The notes under the pieces are model-generated. The model did no database searches, was not told the origin of the DNA, and saw only the letters and a program-made list of their open reading frames with translations. A stretch of 64,000 nucleotides of DNA from an uncultured Bacteroidales bacterium. Lineage in GTDB: Bacteria > Bacteroidota > Bacteroidia > Bacteroidales > JAGOPY01. Positions 18,200-27,463 of this stretch are shown piece after piece (position 1 is the stretch's first letter; every line of letters begins with the position of its first letter). The position numbers and the translations under genes are program-made. The stretch lies in NCBI GenBank assembly GCA_963787195.1, contig CAWBCI010000003.1:79364-143363 (forward strand). Reading direction: 5' to 3'.

Positions 18200-20030
18200 A
18201 TGAGGCGCGTATCAATCAGGGAAAAGCTAATTCTTTATTTTGTCATGACCGGCTATTTTGTAATCGCGGTAACCGGAGCTTTCTCATATTATATGGCCAG
18301 GGAAGGATTGCTCGAGAGAACTTTTGACCAGCTCACCTCAGTCAAAGTCACACGCAAAAAGCAGATAGAAAATTTCTTTAAGGACCGGATGCGGGACGTA
18401 CAAATATTTGCACGTTCCATCGAAGCCCACCAGATACTGGACCTTCTGAATAATTTAAATAAGAATGCAGATCAAAGCCGTGAAAACTCCGGGGAAAAGT
18501 TAAAAGGCGCTGAACTTTTTAATAATTACCTGAGCCAGTACTTCAAATCTTCGGGTTATTACAGCGGGATTATAATTAATAATGGATCGGACCTAGCCCT
18601 GAAATACAATATAGTGCCTCAGAACGGCCAGCAGCAAATTACTTTCATGCAGGAAGGGAACCGGGTTTTTGAAAGTTTCCCAAAAATTTCGGAGTCTTTA
18701 TCATCACCCTATATTTCTGATCTTTCAAAGGATAATCCTGATCATTTGTACATAACTAAAGATATCAATGATAATAATGGAAAGATTATAGGTTCAGCCC
18801 TGCTTGAAATTCCTGCCGAAGCCATTAACCGGATCATGCTGGAACAGGATCCTATGGATGGCCTGGGCAAAACAGGCGAATCCTATCTTGTGGGCGGAGA
18901 TGAACTGATGAGGAGCAGTTCCCGTTTTGGTGAGAATTCCATCATGAAAACCATTGTAAACAGTGACGGTGTAAAAAAGGCTTTGCAGGGTGAAAGCGGT
19001 ATTTCTATCCTTAATGATTACAGGGGAATCAAAGTACTGAGTTCTTATGGCAAACTGGATATACCGGGTCTGGATTGGGTTATACTCGCAGAAATAGATT
19101 TTAAGGAAGCCATAGTTCCAATCCGTAATCTCCGTGATAATATTATACTGGTAAGTATTTTTATAGCCCTGGTTTTGCTGATAGTCGCTTATCTGATATC
19201 CGGGAATTTCACCCGTCCCCTGATCCGCCTGACAGAAGCAGCCAATAAAATCGGGGAGGGAAATTTCGACGTACATCTTAGTGTTGATTCGGGCGATGAA
19301 ATTGGTCAATTGACGCAGACTTTTTCCGATATGTCGGATAAGCTCCGGCAAAATAAGGAGCTGCTCATGGAAGAGCGGAAGATGAGAACCCGCTCACTTG
19401 CTCGATGGACAGGAAATAGAAAGACAGAGACTTTCAAGAGAACTGCACGATGGACTGGGACAGCTTATGATAGCCCTGAAACTGAAACTTGAGAGCACGA
19501 TTGATTCAGGTGAAATGGAAACCCGGCAGGTAATTACTGAAGTACAGGCAAATTGTGATTATATCATTGATGAAGTCCGTCAGATATCCAAAAACCTGAG
19601 GCCGGCAGTACTGAATGAATTCGGACTGGTGAACGCTCTCCGTAACCTGGTGGAAGACCTTTCGGACCATACCAAAATAAATCTTGTTTTCTCGGCAGGT
19701 AGTATTAATGAGAACATCCCGGAAATACCTAAAAACTATATATTCAGGATAGCCCAGGAAGCTTTAATGAATGCGCTGAAACATTCAAATGCAGCCGAAA
19801 TATCCTTAAATCTTGATCAGAATGGACAAAATCTCGAGATGACCATAGCTGATAACGGAAGCGGAATCGATGAACATAAACTAGCCGGGACCAAAGGTCA
19901 CGGATTGCAGAATATCAGGGAAAGATGCCAGTTGCTGAACGGGGAATTTCATATGGAAAGCAGCCTTGAAAAGGGCACTCTTATCCGGGTCATTATACCT
20001 CTTGAATCTGAAAATCTTTCAATTAACTAA
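18200..20030 (+). CDS. sensor histidine kinase (Cache-like sensor, HAMP, HisKA_3, HATPase; needs a 1-nt correction)
   Basis: ORFs 18200-19492 and 19398-20030 join if one C of the CCC run at 19389-19391 is removed. H-box ERQRLSRELHDGLGQ. HAMP around RPLIRLTEAANKIGEGNFD. Two TM segments flank a periplasmic domain. Confidence 0.75.
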
Positions 20031-20032
20031 GT

Positions 20033-20698
20033 ATGTCCCAAAAAGAAAATATAATCAGGGTAGTATTGGTTGACGATCACAATATAGTGCGTGACGGTAT
20101 TAAATCGCTTATTAAAGGGATGAAGAATATAGAGGTGAGCGGGGAAGCTTCTTCAGGTGATGAACTGCTGAAGTTATTGGAGCATCAAGTGCCGGATTTA
20201 ATTATCATGGATATTTCACTTCCGGATATATCGGGCATAGAGCTCACGGCCATGGTTTGTGATAAGTTTCCCGGACCAAATGTTTTGATGTTATCGATGT
20301 ATGTGGATGAAGATTTCATCTTTAATTCCCTGAAGGCCGGAGCAAAGGGATATCTGCCCAAAAATACAAGCCGCAGGGAACTTGAAGATGCTATAAATGC
20401 AATTTATTTGGGGGAAGAATATTTCAGCGAATCCGTTTCCAATATTATTTTGCGCAGTTATGTCAAAAAAGCCAAAAGCACTGAGGATCCGAAAGACATA
20501 CATTCATTGTCGAAAAGGGAAATAGAAGTATTAAGACTATTTGCTGAAGGAAAGTCAAACCAGGAAATCGCTGATACTTTCTGTATCAGTATACGGACTG
20601 TTGAATCCCACAAGAATCACATCATGAATAAGCTGGAACTGAATAATACAATTGACCTGATTAAATTTGCCATCCGGAATAAAATAGTTGAGGTCTGA
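20033..20698 (+). CDS. NarL/LuxR-family response regulator
   Basis: REC domain (VVLVDDH...IIMDISLPD) plus C-terminal LuxR HTH (LSKREIEVLRLFAEGKSNQEIA). Confidence 0.85.
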   Translation: MSQKENIIRVVLVDDHNIVRDGIKSLIKGMKNIEVSGEASSGDELLKLLEHQVPDLIIMDISLPDISGIELTAMVCDKFPGPNVLMLSMYVDEDFIFNSLKAGAKGYLPKNTSRRELEDAINAIYLGEEYFSESVSNIILRSYVKKAKSTEDPKDIHSLSKREIEVLRLFAEGKSNQEIADTFCISIRTVESHKNHIMNKLELNNTIDLIKFAIRNKIVEV

Positions 20699-20812
20699 GG
20701 TCAGCTTATTTATGAAACGGTGATATCGGATCCGACTTGTTAATGGGACGGAAAAGATATGAATGGGAAAAGACAGCATTACCATGAAATGATAAGGCTG
20801 GTGAAATAATCC

Positions 20813-21355
20813 TTAATTGGAAGGCGCATCCTTCACTCCTAAAATATCCAGCAGATTCCGGTTCGTTTTCAAGACATCTTCCAAAACGTCCATTAGTTTT
20901 TCATAATCCGCTGCCATCTTTTTGACATCTTCGGATATCTCTTCGGAAGTCTCCATCTTAAACTTATGAAATTGCCGGAATCCATCCAGGATGCGGGCCA
21001 TGTCATCAGATCTGCGGCGAAAATGGTCGAGCATATCCTGGTTTTCAATGAGTTTCTCTTCAAATTGTTTTTCCATCAACTCATCCTCCAGCGGATCAAC
21101 AGCCTCTTTTTGACCAAAGTCTTTCAGCTGATGGTACATCTCCCCATTAGCTGCCATATCATCTTCAATCATTTCAGAGACATCTACCTTAAAAAACCTG
21201 GATAAATTAATGAGATTATGATAATTCGGTTCAGCTGTTCCTGTTTCATAGGATGCGATATTTCCCCTGTTCATATTTATGGCTTTCGCTAAAGCATCCT
21301 GACTCAGGCCATTCTGTATTCTTAAATACCTGATATTTTTTGCAAATATACCCAT
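20813..21355 (-). CDS. XRE-family helix-turn-helix regulator with acidic C-terminal extension
   Basis: N-terminal NIRYLRIQNGLSQDALAKAINMNRGNIASYETG. Confidence 0.7.
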   Translation of the reverse strand: MGIFAKNIRYLRIQNGLSQDALAKAINMNRGNIASYETGTAEPNYHNLINLSRFFKVDVSEMIEDDMAANGEMYHQLKDFGQKEAVDPLEDELMEKQFEEKLIENQDMLDHFRRRSDDMARILDGFRQFHKFKMETSEEISEDVKKMAADYEKLMDVLEDVLKTNRNLLDILGVKDAPSN

Positions 21356-21509
21356 GACTGTAAATATAATTTACAAAGATAATACGTATATAAATATATT
21401 TTGCAAACATTTGAGTTTTTATCTTAAATATTGTTAATGGATTTGTCATTTAAGGCGAAATTTATAATTTATGATCTATTTTTGTAAACATATTTAACAA
21501 GTTCCATCG

Positions 21510-22349
21510 ATGAAGAAAATATTGGTACCGGTTGATTACACGGAAAGGTCGAGGCAGAATGCTGAATTGGGCGTTTTTTTATCGAATAAGATGGATACTG
21601 GACTCATTTTACTTTATTCGGTGGAAACACCTCAAGATCTTGGTATGGTGCCTCCTAACAGTTTTAATGTGCTGGAAGATGATCAATTTGAAAGGGAAAA
21701 ACAAAGGGCAACAGCGCATTTTGAGAGCCTGGTTAGGGAATTTGAACCAGCTTTGGAAAACGGGCACAAGCTGGAATTTCAGATAAAGAAGGGCCGTCGT
21801 ACTTCCAATATTTTATGGACAGCCCGGGAAGAAGAAACTTTCATGATCCTTTATCCGCATGAATCCAGGAGGATACACGATAAGATGTCGGGTGAGGAAA
21901 TTGAAGAAATCGTCTTTTCGGCCAATGTTCCACTTTGGCTTACTTCGGAAGGGGTGGAGGCAACAAAAGTAGAGCGGATTGCCTATGTTACCGATTATCA
22001 GGAAGACAGCTTACGTGTTCTTCAGGAACTCCTCACATTTGCCGGCTTAATGGGTGCATCCTTGTATGTATTTCATATTAAGGGAGAAAATAAATTCCAG
22101 TCAGGGCTGATTATGGAAGGTTATAAGAAGAAAGCCAGGGAAATGAAATCTAAAGTCAGGGTAACTCATATACAGGTAAATGGTTCGAATCTGGTAAACA
22201 GCATAGAACATCTTATTCGAAAATACGGTATCAATTTACTGGCTTTCATGAATGAAAGGGAAAATATCCTGCAAAGATGGTTTTTCAGGTCTCATGCAGA
22301 ACAATTGTTGGAGAAGGTGCATATCCCAAAACTCATATTTCAGGAATAA
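21510..22349 (+). CDS. tandem universal stress protein (UspA family)
   Basis: MKKILVPVDYTE start. Length suits two Usp domains. Confidence 0.6.
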   Translation: MKKILVPVDYTERSRQNAELGVFLSNKMDTGLILLYSVETPQDLGMVPPNSFNVLEDDQFEREKQRATAHFESLVREFEPALENGHKLEFQIKKGRRTSNILWTAREEETFMILYPHESRRIHDKMSGEEIEEIVFSANVPLWLTSEGVEATKVERIAYVTDYQEDSLRVLQELLTFAGLMGASLYVFHIKGENKFQSGLIMEGYKKKAREMKSKVRVTHIQVNGSNLVNSIEHLIRKYGINLLAFMNERENILQRWFFRSHAEQLLEKVHIPKLIFQE

Positions 22350-22384
22350 ACAGAATATATAAATCAAAAAAGAATAAAAGCAAT

Positions 22385-22609
22385 ATGAATATACATCCAT
22401 TGATGCATCCTGTTAAGAAAAGGATTATTAAAGTGATAAAAGATAGGGAAGGTGCTTTTTTTGGAGAAATCCTGATGCAATTACAAAAATCAGAGGGTAT
22501 GACTTTGCATCATTTATTGGATCTGAAATCCAGGGGAATAATATATAATGATAATGATGGCGGTAAGTTCAAACTCACTGATAATCATAAAAGGCAATCA
22601 GGACGATAA
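22385..22609 (+). CDS. small winged-helix-like protein (hypothetical)
   Basis: The internal ATG at 22385 avoids overlap with the usp gene. 74 aa, wHTH-like (FGEILMQLQKSEGMTLHHLLDLKSRGII). Confidence 0.35.
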   Translation: MNIHPLMHPVKKRIIKVIKDREGAFFGEILMQLQKSEGMTLHHLLDLKSRGIIYNDNDGGKFKLTDNHKRQSGR

Positions 22610-22633
22610 ATCCAGGGTCTATACCTGTAATCA

Positions 22634-23686
22634 CTAAACATTGACAGATCTAAAATATTTCTTCTTAAACCATAAAGCCACACTAACCAGGGAAATTAAG
22701 ACCGGAACCTCCACAAGCGGCCCGATGACTGCAGCAAATGCCTCTCCGGAACTTATCCCGAAAACCGCCACAGCTACTGCTATGGCCAGTTCAAAATTAT
22801 TGCTTGCTGCCGTGAAAGAAATGGTTGCTGTTTTGGAATAACCCGCCCCGGATTTCTTCCCCATATAAAAAGAGACCAGAAACATAATGATAAAGTATAT
22901 TACCAGCGGAATGGCGATACGGACCACATCCAGGGGGATCTTGACAATATATTCCCCCTTCAGGGAAAACATTACAAAGATGGTGAACAGAAGTGCAATG
23001 AGGGTAAGAGGGCTTATCTTAGGAATGAATTTGCTGTGATACCATTCCTTACTTTTTACCCTTATCAAAATAAAACGGGTTAAAAAACCAGCAATAAACG
23101 GAATGCCCAGATAGATGAAAACACTTTTGGCAATCTGCCCTATGGTTATATCCACATGGAAGGATTGCATACCGAACCAGCCGGGTAAAACCGTAAGAAA
23201 TATATAAGCATAAAACGAAAAGAATAATACCTGGAAGATCGAATTGAAAGCAACCAGTCCGGCAGCATATTCAGTATCGCCTTTTGCCAGATCATTCCAT
23301 ACAATTACCATGGCAATACAGCGGGCCAATCCTATCAGGATCAATCCGGCCATGTATTCCGGGTAATCGTGCAGGAATAAAACCGCCAGGCCAAACATCA
23401 GTAAGGGGCCGATGAGCCAGTTCTGTATGAGTGAAATAGTGAGGATCTTATAGTTACTGAAGACATCCTTCAATTCCTCATAACGTACTTTCGCCAGGGG
23501 CGGATACATCATCACTATCAGTCCGATAGCTATCGGTATATTGGTGGTGCCACTCTGGAAATTACTCCAGAATTTGGCTATACCCGGGAAGAAATAGCCG
23601 GAAAAGACACCGGCGAACATGGCCAGAAATATCCACAGGGTCAGATACCTGTCCAGAAATGAAAGCCTTTTGCTAACAGATGTCAT
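22634..23686 (-). CDS. acr3: arsenite efflux transporter, ACR3 family
   Basis: 350 aa, 10 TM. N-terminal [13 protein letters not shown] is typical of ACR3. Last gene of the ars operon. Confidence 0.85.
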   Translation of the reverse strand: MTSVSKRLSFLDRYLTLWIFLAMFAGVFSGYFFPGIAKFWSNFQSGTTNIPIAIGLIVMMYPPLAKVRYEELKDVFSNYKILTISLIQNWLIGPLLMFGLAVLFLHDYPEYMAGLILIGLARCIAMVIVWNDLAKGDTEYAAGLVAFNSIFQVLFFSFYAYIFLTVLPGWFGMQSFHVDITIGQIAKSVFIYLGIPFIAGFLTRFILIRVKSKEWYHSKFIPKISPLTLIALLFTIFVMFSLKGEYIVKIPLDVVRIAIPLVIYFIIMFLVSFYMGKKSGAGYSKTATISFTAASNNFELAIAVAVAVFGISSGEAFAAVIGPLVEVPVLISLVSVALWFKKKYFRSVNV

Positions 23687-23687
23687 A

Positions 23688-24110
23688 TCAGCCTGGTTTA
23701 ATGTTTTCAGAATAAAATGATAAAAAAGCCTCCCTTATTTCATCCCTTACCCGCCTGAATTCTTTTATTTTAAATTCATCCGATCCTATGATGGCAGCTG
23801 GATCGTCAAAGCCGATATGAAGGCGCTTTTTAACCTTGCCGCTGAAGGCAGGGCAGGTCTCAGCAGCCCCGCCACAAACGGTAATCACATAATCCCATTC
23901 ATCGTCCAGGAAAAGTGAAACGTGTCTGGGAACGTGATGACTGAGGTCAATCCCGGATTCCCGCATGACCTCTACTGCCAGGGGATGTATCTTTTCAGCA
24001 GGTTCGGTCCCGGCGGATACAACCTCGGCATCCGGAGCGAAGGACTGTAAAAATCCCTGGGCCATTTGGCTCCGGCAGGAGTTTCCCGTGCAGAGTATCA
24101 GTATTTTCAT
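23688..24110 (-). CDS. arsC: arsenate reductase, LMW-PTP (thioredoxin-coupled) type
   Basis: [20 protein letters not shown]-loop plus downstream Cys residues. Confidence 0.85.
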   Translation of the reverse strand: MKILILCTGNSCRSQMAQGFLQSFAPDAEVVSAGTEPAEKIHPLAVEVMRESGIDLSHHVPRHVSLFLDDEWDYVITVCGGAAETCPAFSGKVKKRLHIGFDDPAAIIGSDEFKIKEFRRVRDEIREAFLSFYSENIKPG

Positions 24111-24182
24111 GTTCTTTTAAGTTCTTCAGAATGAGATCTTCTATATAAAAATCTTAATGAAGTCTCCTTCCTCTTATCTCCT

Positions 24183-25235
24183 TTAAATAAAAACCATAAA
24201 ATTAAAAATATAACCCACAATAATAATTCCGACGGTAACCACTCCGACAAATACAGCGATCAATTGCCATTTCAGCACCTTTTTCAATATTATAATTTCG
24301 GGTAAAGAAAGTCCGATGACCGACATCATGAATGCCAGGGCAGTCCCCAGGGAGACCCCTTTCTCAATCAGGACACTAACTATGGGTATGATTCCGGCTG
24401 CGTTTGAATACAGAGGCACACCAATAGCAATTGCCAGTAATATGGAATACCAGTTTTGATTTCCCAAAGTTCCTGCCAGGTATTCCGAAGGCACATAACC
24501 GTGGGCTCCTGCACCGATTGCAATACCTATGAGTATATAAGGCCAAATTTTCCCTACTATATCCTTTACTGCCTGATAGCCCATTTCCAGCCGGTCATTG
24601 AACCTTATTCTGATCTCCTCCTGAAAAGAGTTTTTTGCCTGAATCTTGTAGACCCAGTCGGCCACAAACCTTTGTAATTTGAGCTTTTCAAGCACAAAGC
24701 CTGCCAGTATGGCTATGCTTAATCCGGTGACAACATAAATCAGGGCTACCTTCCATCCGAACAGGCCGATCAGCAGGACCAGGGCCACTTCATTGATCAT
24801 GGGAGCGGCAATCAAAAATGAAAATGTTACCCCTAATGGGATTCCGGCTTCTACAAAGCCCAGGAATAAAGGGATTGCAGAACATGAGCAGAAGGGAGTG
24901 ACGACACCCAGCAGGGCTGCCATCACATTGCCCGTGAACAGGGATTTGCCTTCAAGTGCCTTGCGGGTTTTCTCGGCTGAAAAATAGGACCTGATAATTC
25001 CTACTAAGAAGATAATCAGGACCAGCAGCATCATAACCTTGGGAACCTCAAAAATGAAAAACCGAAGGGATTCGGTAAGGTGGGTTCCGGCTTTTAATCC
25101 AAAAAGATTGTATACCAGGAGATCAGCAATCCTTTGCAGGTTCAGGTAGAGAGTTATCCACCCGGCGAGCATTATCAGGCTCAGATATATTTTCCGGTTT
25201 TTCGGTTCTTTAATGATTAAATTTTCGGTTAACAT
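24183..25235 (-). CDS. arsP: ArsP-like permease (COG0701/DUF318 family)
   Basis: The ATG at 25235 (MLTENL..) avoids overlap with the upstream gene. Multi-TM protein with the vicinal-Cys motif TPFCSCSAIPLF that I associate with organoarsenical permeases. Confidence 0.6.
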   Translation of the reverse strand: MLTENLIIKEPKNRKIYLSLIMLAGWITLYLNLQRIADLLVYNLFGLKAGTHLTESLRFFIFEVPKVMMLLVLIIFLVGIIRSYFSAEKTRKALEGKSLFTGNVMAALLGVVTPFCSCSAIPLFLGFVEAGIPLGVTFSFLIAAPMINEVALVLLIGLFGWKVALIYVVTGLSIAILAGFVLEKLKLQRFVADWVYKIQAKNSFQEEIRIRFNDRLEMGYQAVKDIVGKIWPYILIGIAIGAGAHGYVPSEYLAGTLGNQNWYSILLAIAIGVPLYSNAAGIIPIVSVLIEKGVSLGTALAFMMSVIGLSLPEIIILKKVLKWQLIAVFVGVVTVGIIIVGYIFNFMVFI

Positions 25236-25252
25236 ACTGTCTTCCTCTTTTC

Positions 25253-25954
25253 TTAAAAATAAATAATCACGATATAATAAATGCCCGTGCCAATGAATAA
25301 GACAGCTACTATCCTTCGAAACCAAAATTCAAATGCCTTGAGACCCTTGTAAAATTTACCGACACCATTCAGGGTATAAGCTATCAGCCATGCGAAAATT
25401 ATCACAGGAACTGCCGTGGCAATTGCAAATATTACAGGCAGGGCCATACCTTCAGGAGTACTGATGGTCATTGGTATGAGCATCCCGAAATACAAAACAC
25501 CGCTGTAGGGACAAAATGCAAGGGCGAACAGCATTCCCAGAAGTACAGCGCTCAGGTAACCACGCTTTTTCCCTTCGCCGAATCGTTTACTAAGTCCGTC
25601 GAGACCAGGGAATTTCAGCTTTATGAAATCCAGCATAAATATCCCGATAATTATCAGCAGGGGGCCTATGATTCTTTCTCCGTATTTCTGAAAAAGCCCG
25701 GAGATCTTGAATTGGTCAGCCCCGACAAATAAGATAAAAGCCAGACCGGTATATGAAATCACTCTTCCCAGGGTATAGAACAGTCCGTTCACGAAAACTT
25801 TGTTCCGTTTGCTCACATCTTTACTGATATAACCAATTGCCGTTATATTGGTAGCAAGCGGACATGGACTGATGGCAGTCATCAGGCCCAGGAACAAAGC
25901 CGATAAAAGCGGGATTGAACTATTGCTATATAAACCGGTCAGAAATTCCTCCAT
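25253..25954 (-). CDS. CcdA/DsbD-type transmembrane thiol-disulfide protein (database name possibly ArsG-family)
   Basis: 233 aa, 6 TM, with Cys-Pro in TM1 (AISPCPLATN) and FCPYSG. Sits in the ars operon. Confidence 0.55.
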   Translation of the reverse strand: MEEFLTGLYSNSSIPLLSALFLGLMTAISPCPLATNITAIGYISKDVSKRNKVFVNGLFYTLGRVISYTGLAFILFVGADQFKISGLFQKYGERIIGPLLIIIGIFMLDFIKLKFPGLDGLSKRFGEGKKRGYLSAVLLGMLFALAFCPYSGVLYFGMLIPMTISTPEGMALPVIFAIATAVPVIIFAWLIAYTLNGVGKFYKGLKAFEFWFRRIVAVLFIGTGIYYIVIIYF

Positions 25955-25958
25955 CTGC

Positions 25959-26375
25959 TTACATATTATTGATCGTCTCCTGGATCTCTTCCTTCAGTTT
26001 CTCTGGTTTGGTGCGTGCATACATGAATCCGTCATTGGTGAGATTCACCTGTTTGTCGCCTTTTACAAAAAGCAGGGTTTGACCTGAAACTTCCAGTTCT
26101 TTCGCAAGGGCATCATTTTCGCTTTCATCCAGGTTGACCGCCTGAAAAGTAATCTGACCCTCCTTCATTTTTTCAGGATAAAGTTCCTCCAGGGCAGCTT
26201 TAGAAACACTTTCCACGGCCTTGCAGGTTTCACATCGATGGGTAAAATGAAAATAATAAACATTAATGGCTTCACCTGCTTTGCTTTCCATTTTTTCAGA
26301 CTCCTGCGCCTGGCAGAATGAAAGGGAAAGGATCATTACAAAAAGAATGCTGAATACGTTTTTTAATGTTTTCAT
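25959..26375 (-). CDS. secreted thioredoxin-like CxxC protein (database name possibly ArsF-family)
   Basis: Signal peptide and a HRCETCKAVE CxxC motif. Sits in the ars operon. Confidence 0.5.
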   Translation of the reverse strand: MKTLKNVFSILFVMILSLSFCQAQESEKMESKAGEAINVYYFHFTHRCETCKAVESVSKAALEELYPEKMKEGQITFQAVNLDESENDALAKELEVSGQTLLFVKGDKQVNLTNDGFMYARTKPEKLKEEIQETINNM

Positions 26376-26376
26376 A

Positions 26377-26432
26377 GGATTAGGTATTGGGTATTAGGTA
26401 ATGGTTAATGGTTAATGGTTATTAGTTATTGG
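26377..26432. repeat. heptamer tandem array (8 units) inside the ars operon
   Basis: GGATTAG GTATTGG GTATTAG GTAATGG TTAATGG TTAATGG TTATTAG TTATTGG. It fills the gap between two co-oriented ars genes. Confidence 0.85.
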
Positions 26433-26439
26433 GTGCATT

Positions 26440-26679
26440 TTACTGATGGCTTGAAATCAGGTTTTTCAGTTCGTTGACAGAGGGAAGCTGACCTGAGAGG
26501 ACCACCTTTTCATCTATCACCAGTCCGGGAGTGCGCATGATGCCGTATTCCATAATTTTCATGATGTCTTCTTCCTTTTCGACGGTGGCTTGCAGACCCA
26601 GTTCTGTGACTGCCTGGCGTACATATTTCTCAAGGGATACGCATCTTGAACAGCCTGTTCCTAAAACTTTAATATTCAT
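26440..26679 (-). CDS. small thioredoxin/glutaredoxin-like protein (redox-active disulfide protein 2 type)
   Basis: 79 aa, MNIKVLGTGCSRCVSLE CxxC motif. Confidence 0.7.
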   Translation of the reverse strand: MNIKVLGTGCSRCVSLEKYVRQAVTELGLQATVEKEEDIMKIMEYGIMRTPGLVIDEKVVLSGQLPSVNELKNLISSHQ

Positions 26680-26738
26680 ATTGTTTGATTTAGTTTGTTC
26701 GTTATTCGCAAAAATGCGAACTATTTATTTAAATTTTT

Positions 26739-27038
26739 TTAGATTTTCATGAATTTCCGGAATAATTCTTTCGCTTCCATCCAGTTCTCCTCATGGATAC
26801 AATATTTAATCCGTGGAGGTTCAATTTCTCCCTGTATCAGACCTGCATCTTTCAATTCTTTCAAATGTTGCGACAAGGTGGATTTTGCAATGGGTAGAAT
26901 TTCAGAGAGGTCGCCACTATAGCAGCAGGACTGGCTGGAAAGCAAATCCATGACGTATAGCCTTACCGGGTGGCCGAGGGCTTTTGCATAGCGGGCGGCT
27001 TTTTTCTGTTCGGCGGATATTATTTGATTAAGGGGCAT
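26739..27038 (-). CDS. arsR: ArsR/SmtB-family metalloregulator
   Basis: wHTH (AKALGHPVRLYVMDLL ... LSQHLKELKDAGLI) with a CC pair (SQSCCYSGDL). ATG at 27038; the track ORF extends to a TTG at 27062. Confidence 0.85.
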   Translation of the reverse strand: MPLNQIISAEQKKAARYAKALGHPVRLYVMDLLSSQSCCYSGDLSEILPIAKSTLSQHLKELKDAGLIQGEIEPPRIKYCIHEENWMEAKELFRKFMKI

Positions 27039-27159
27039 ACTTGTTCGTATTTTACCGAACAAAGGTAAAATAAATTATTTAATGTTTTTTAAGGAATGAA
27101 GAAAAAGATTGAAATATTGCATCAGTGTAATTCGCAATCACTTATAATCCCACTGGGCC

Positions 27160-27340
27160 CTCGGCGTCTACTCTGCTCCCTCTGCGGTAAAAAGAGGGGT
27201 AATTAAGCCCGGAGAACCCAGAAGAGGCGCAGAGGACGGGGAGGATACGAATCATTTTCCATTCTCTCCAGCTGAAAAATTAGATTTTTAAGAATTCCGG
27301 GAGAATGTCATCAATAAGCGACTTTCATACCTCTTTCACT
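27160..27340 (+). repeat. dispersed repeat with a near-identical core of about 100 nt (copy 1)
   Basis: The core at about 27210-27305 (CCGGAGAACCCAGAAGAGGCGCAGAGGACGGGGAGGATACGAATCATTTTCCATTCTCTC.AGCTGAAAAATTAGATTTTTAAGAATTCCGGGAGAA) matches 37615-37712. Confidence 0.85.
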
Positions 27341-27463
27341 ACTCCGCGACATGTTGGACCTACAAGAATGGTTATAGTCTTAATATGCTGTTTGTAATAT
27401 ATTCATTTTTTTATATATTTGTTGAAGAAGAACCAAAGCCCTGACCAATTAATTCCAGTTTTT

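Noticed and set aside
12791-27062. arsM plus the ars operon considered as a horizontally acquired arsenic island.
   Set aside because: No integrase, transposase, tRNA-adjacent att site or direct-repeat boundary can be seen. Unrelated housekeeping genes (amtB, a two-component system, usp) lie between the two ars loci.
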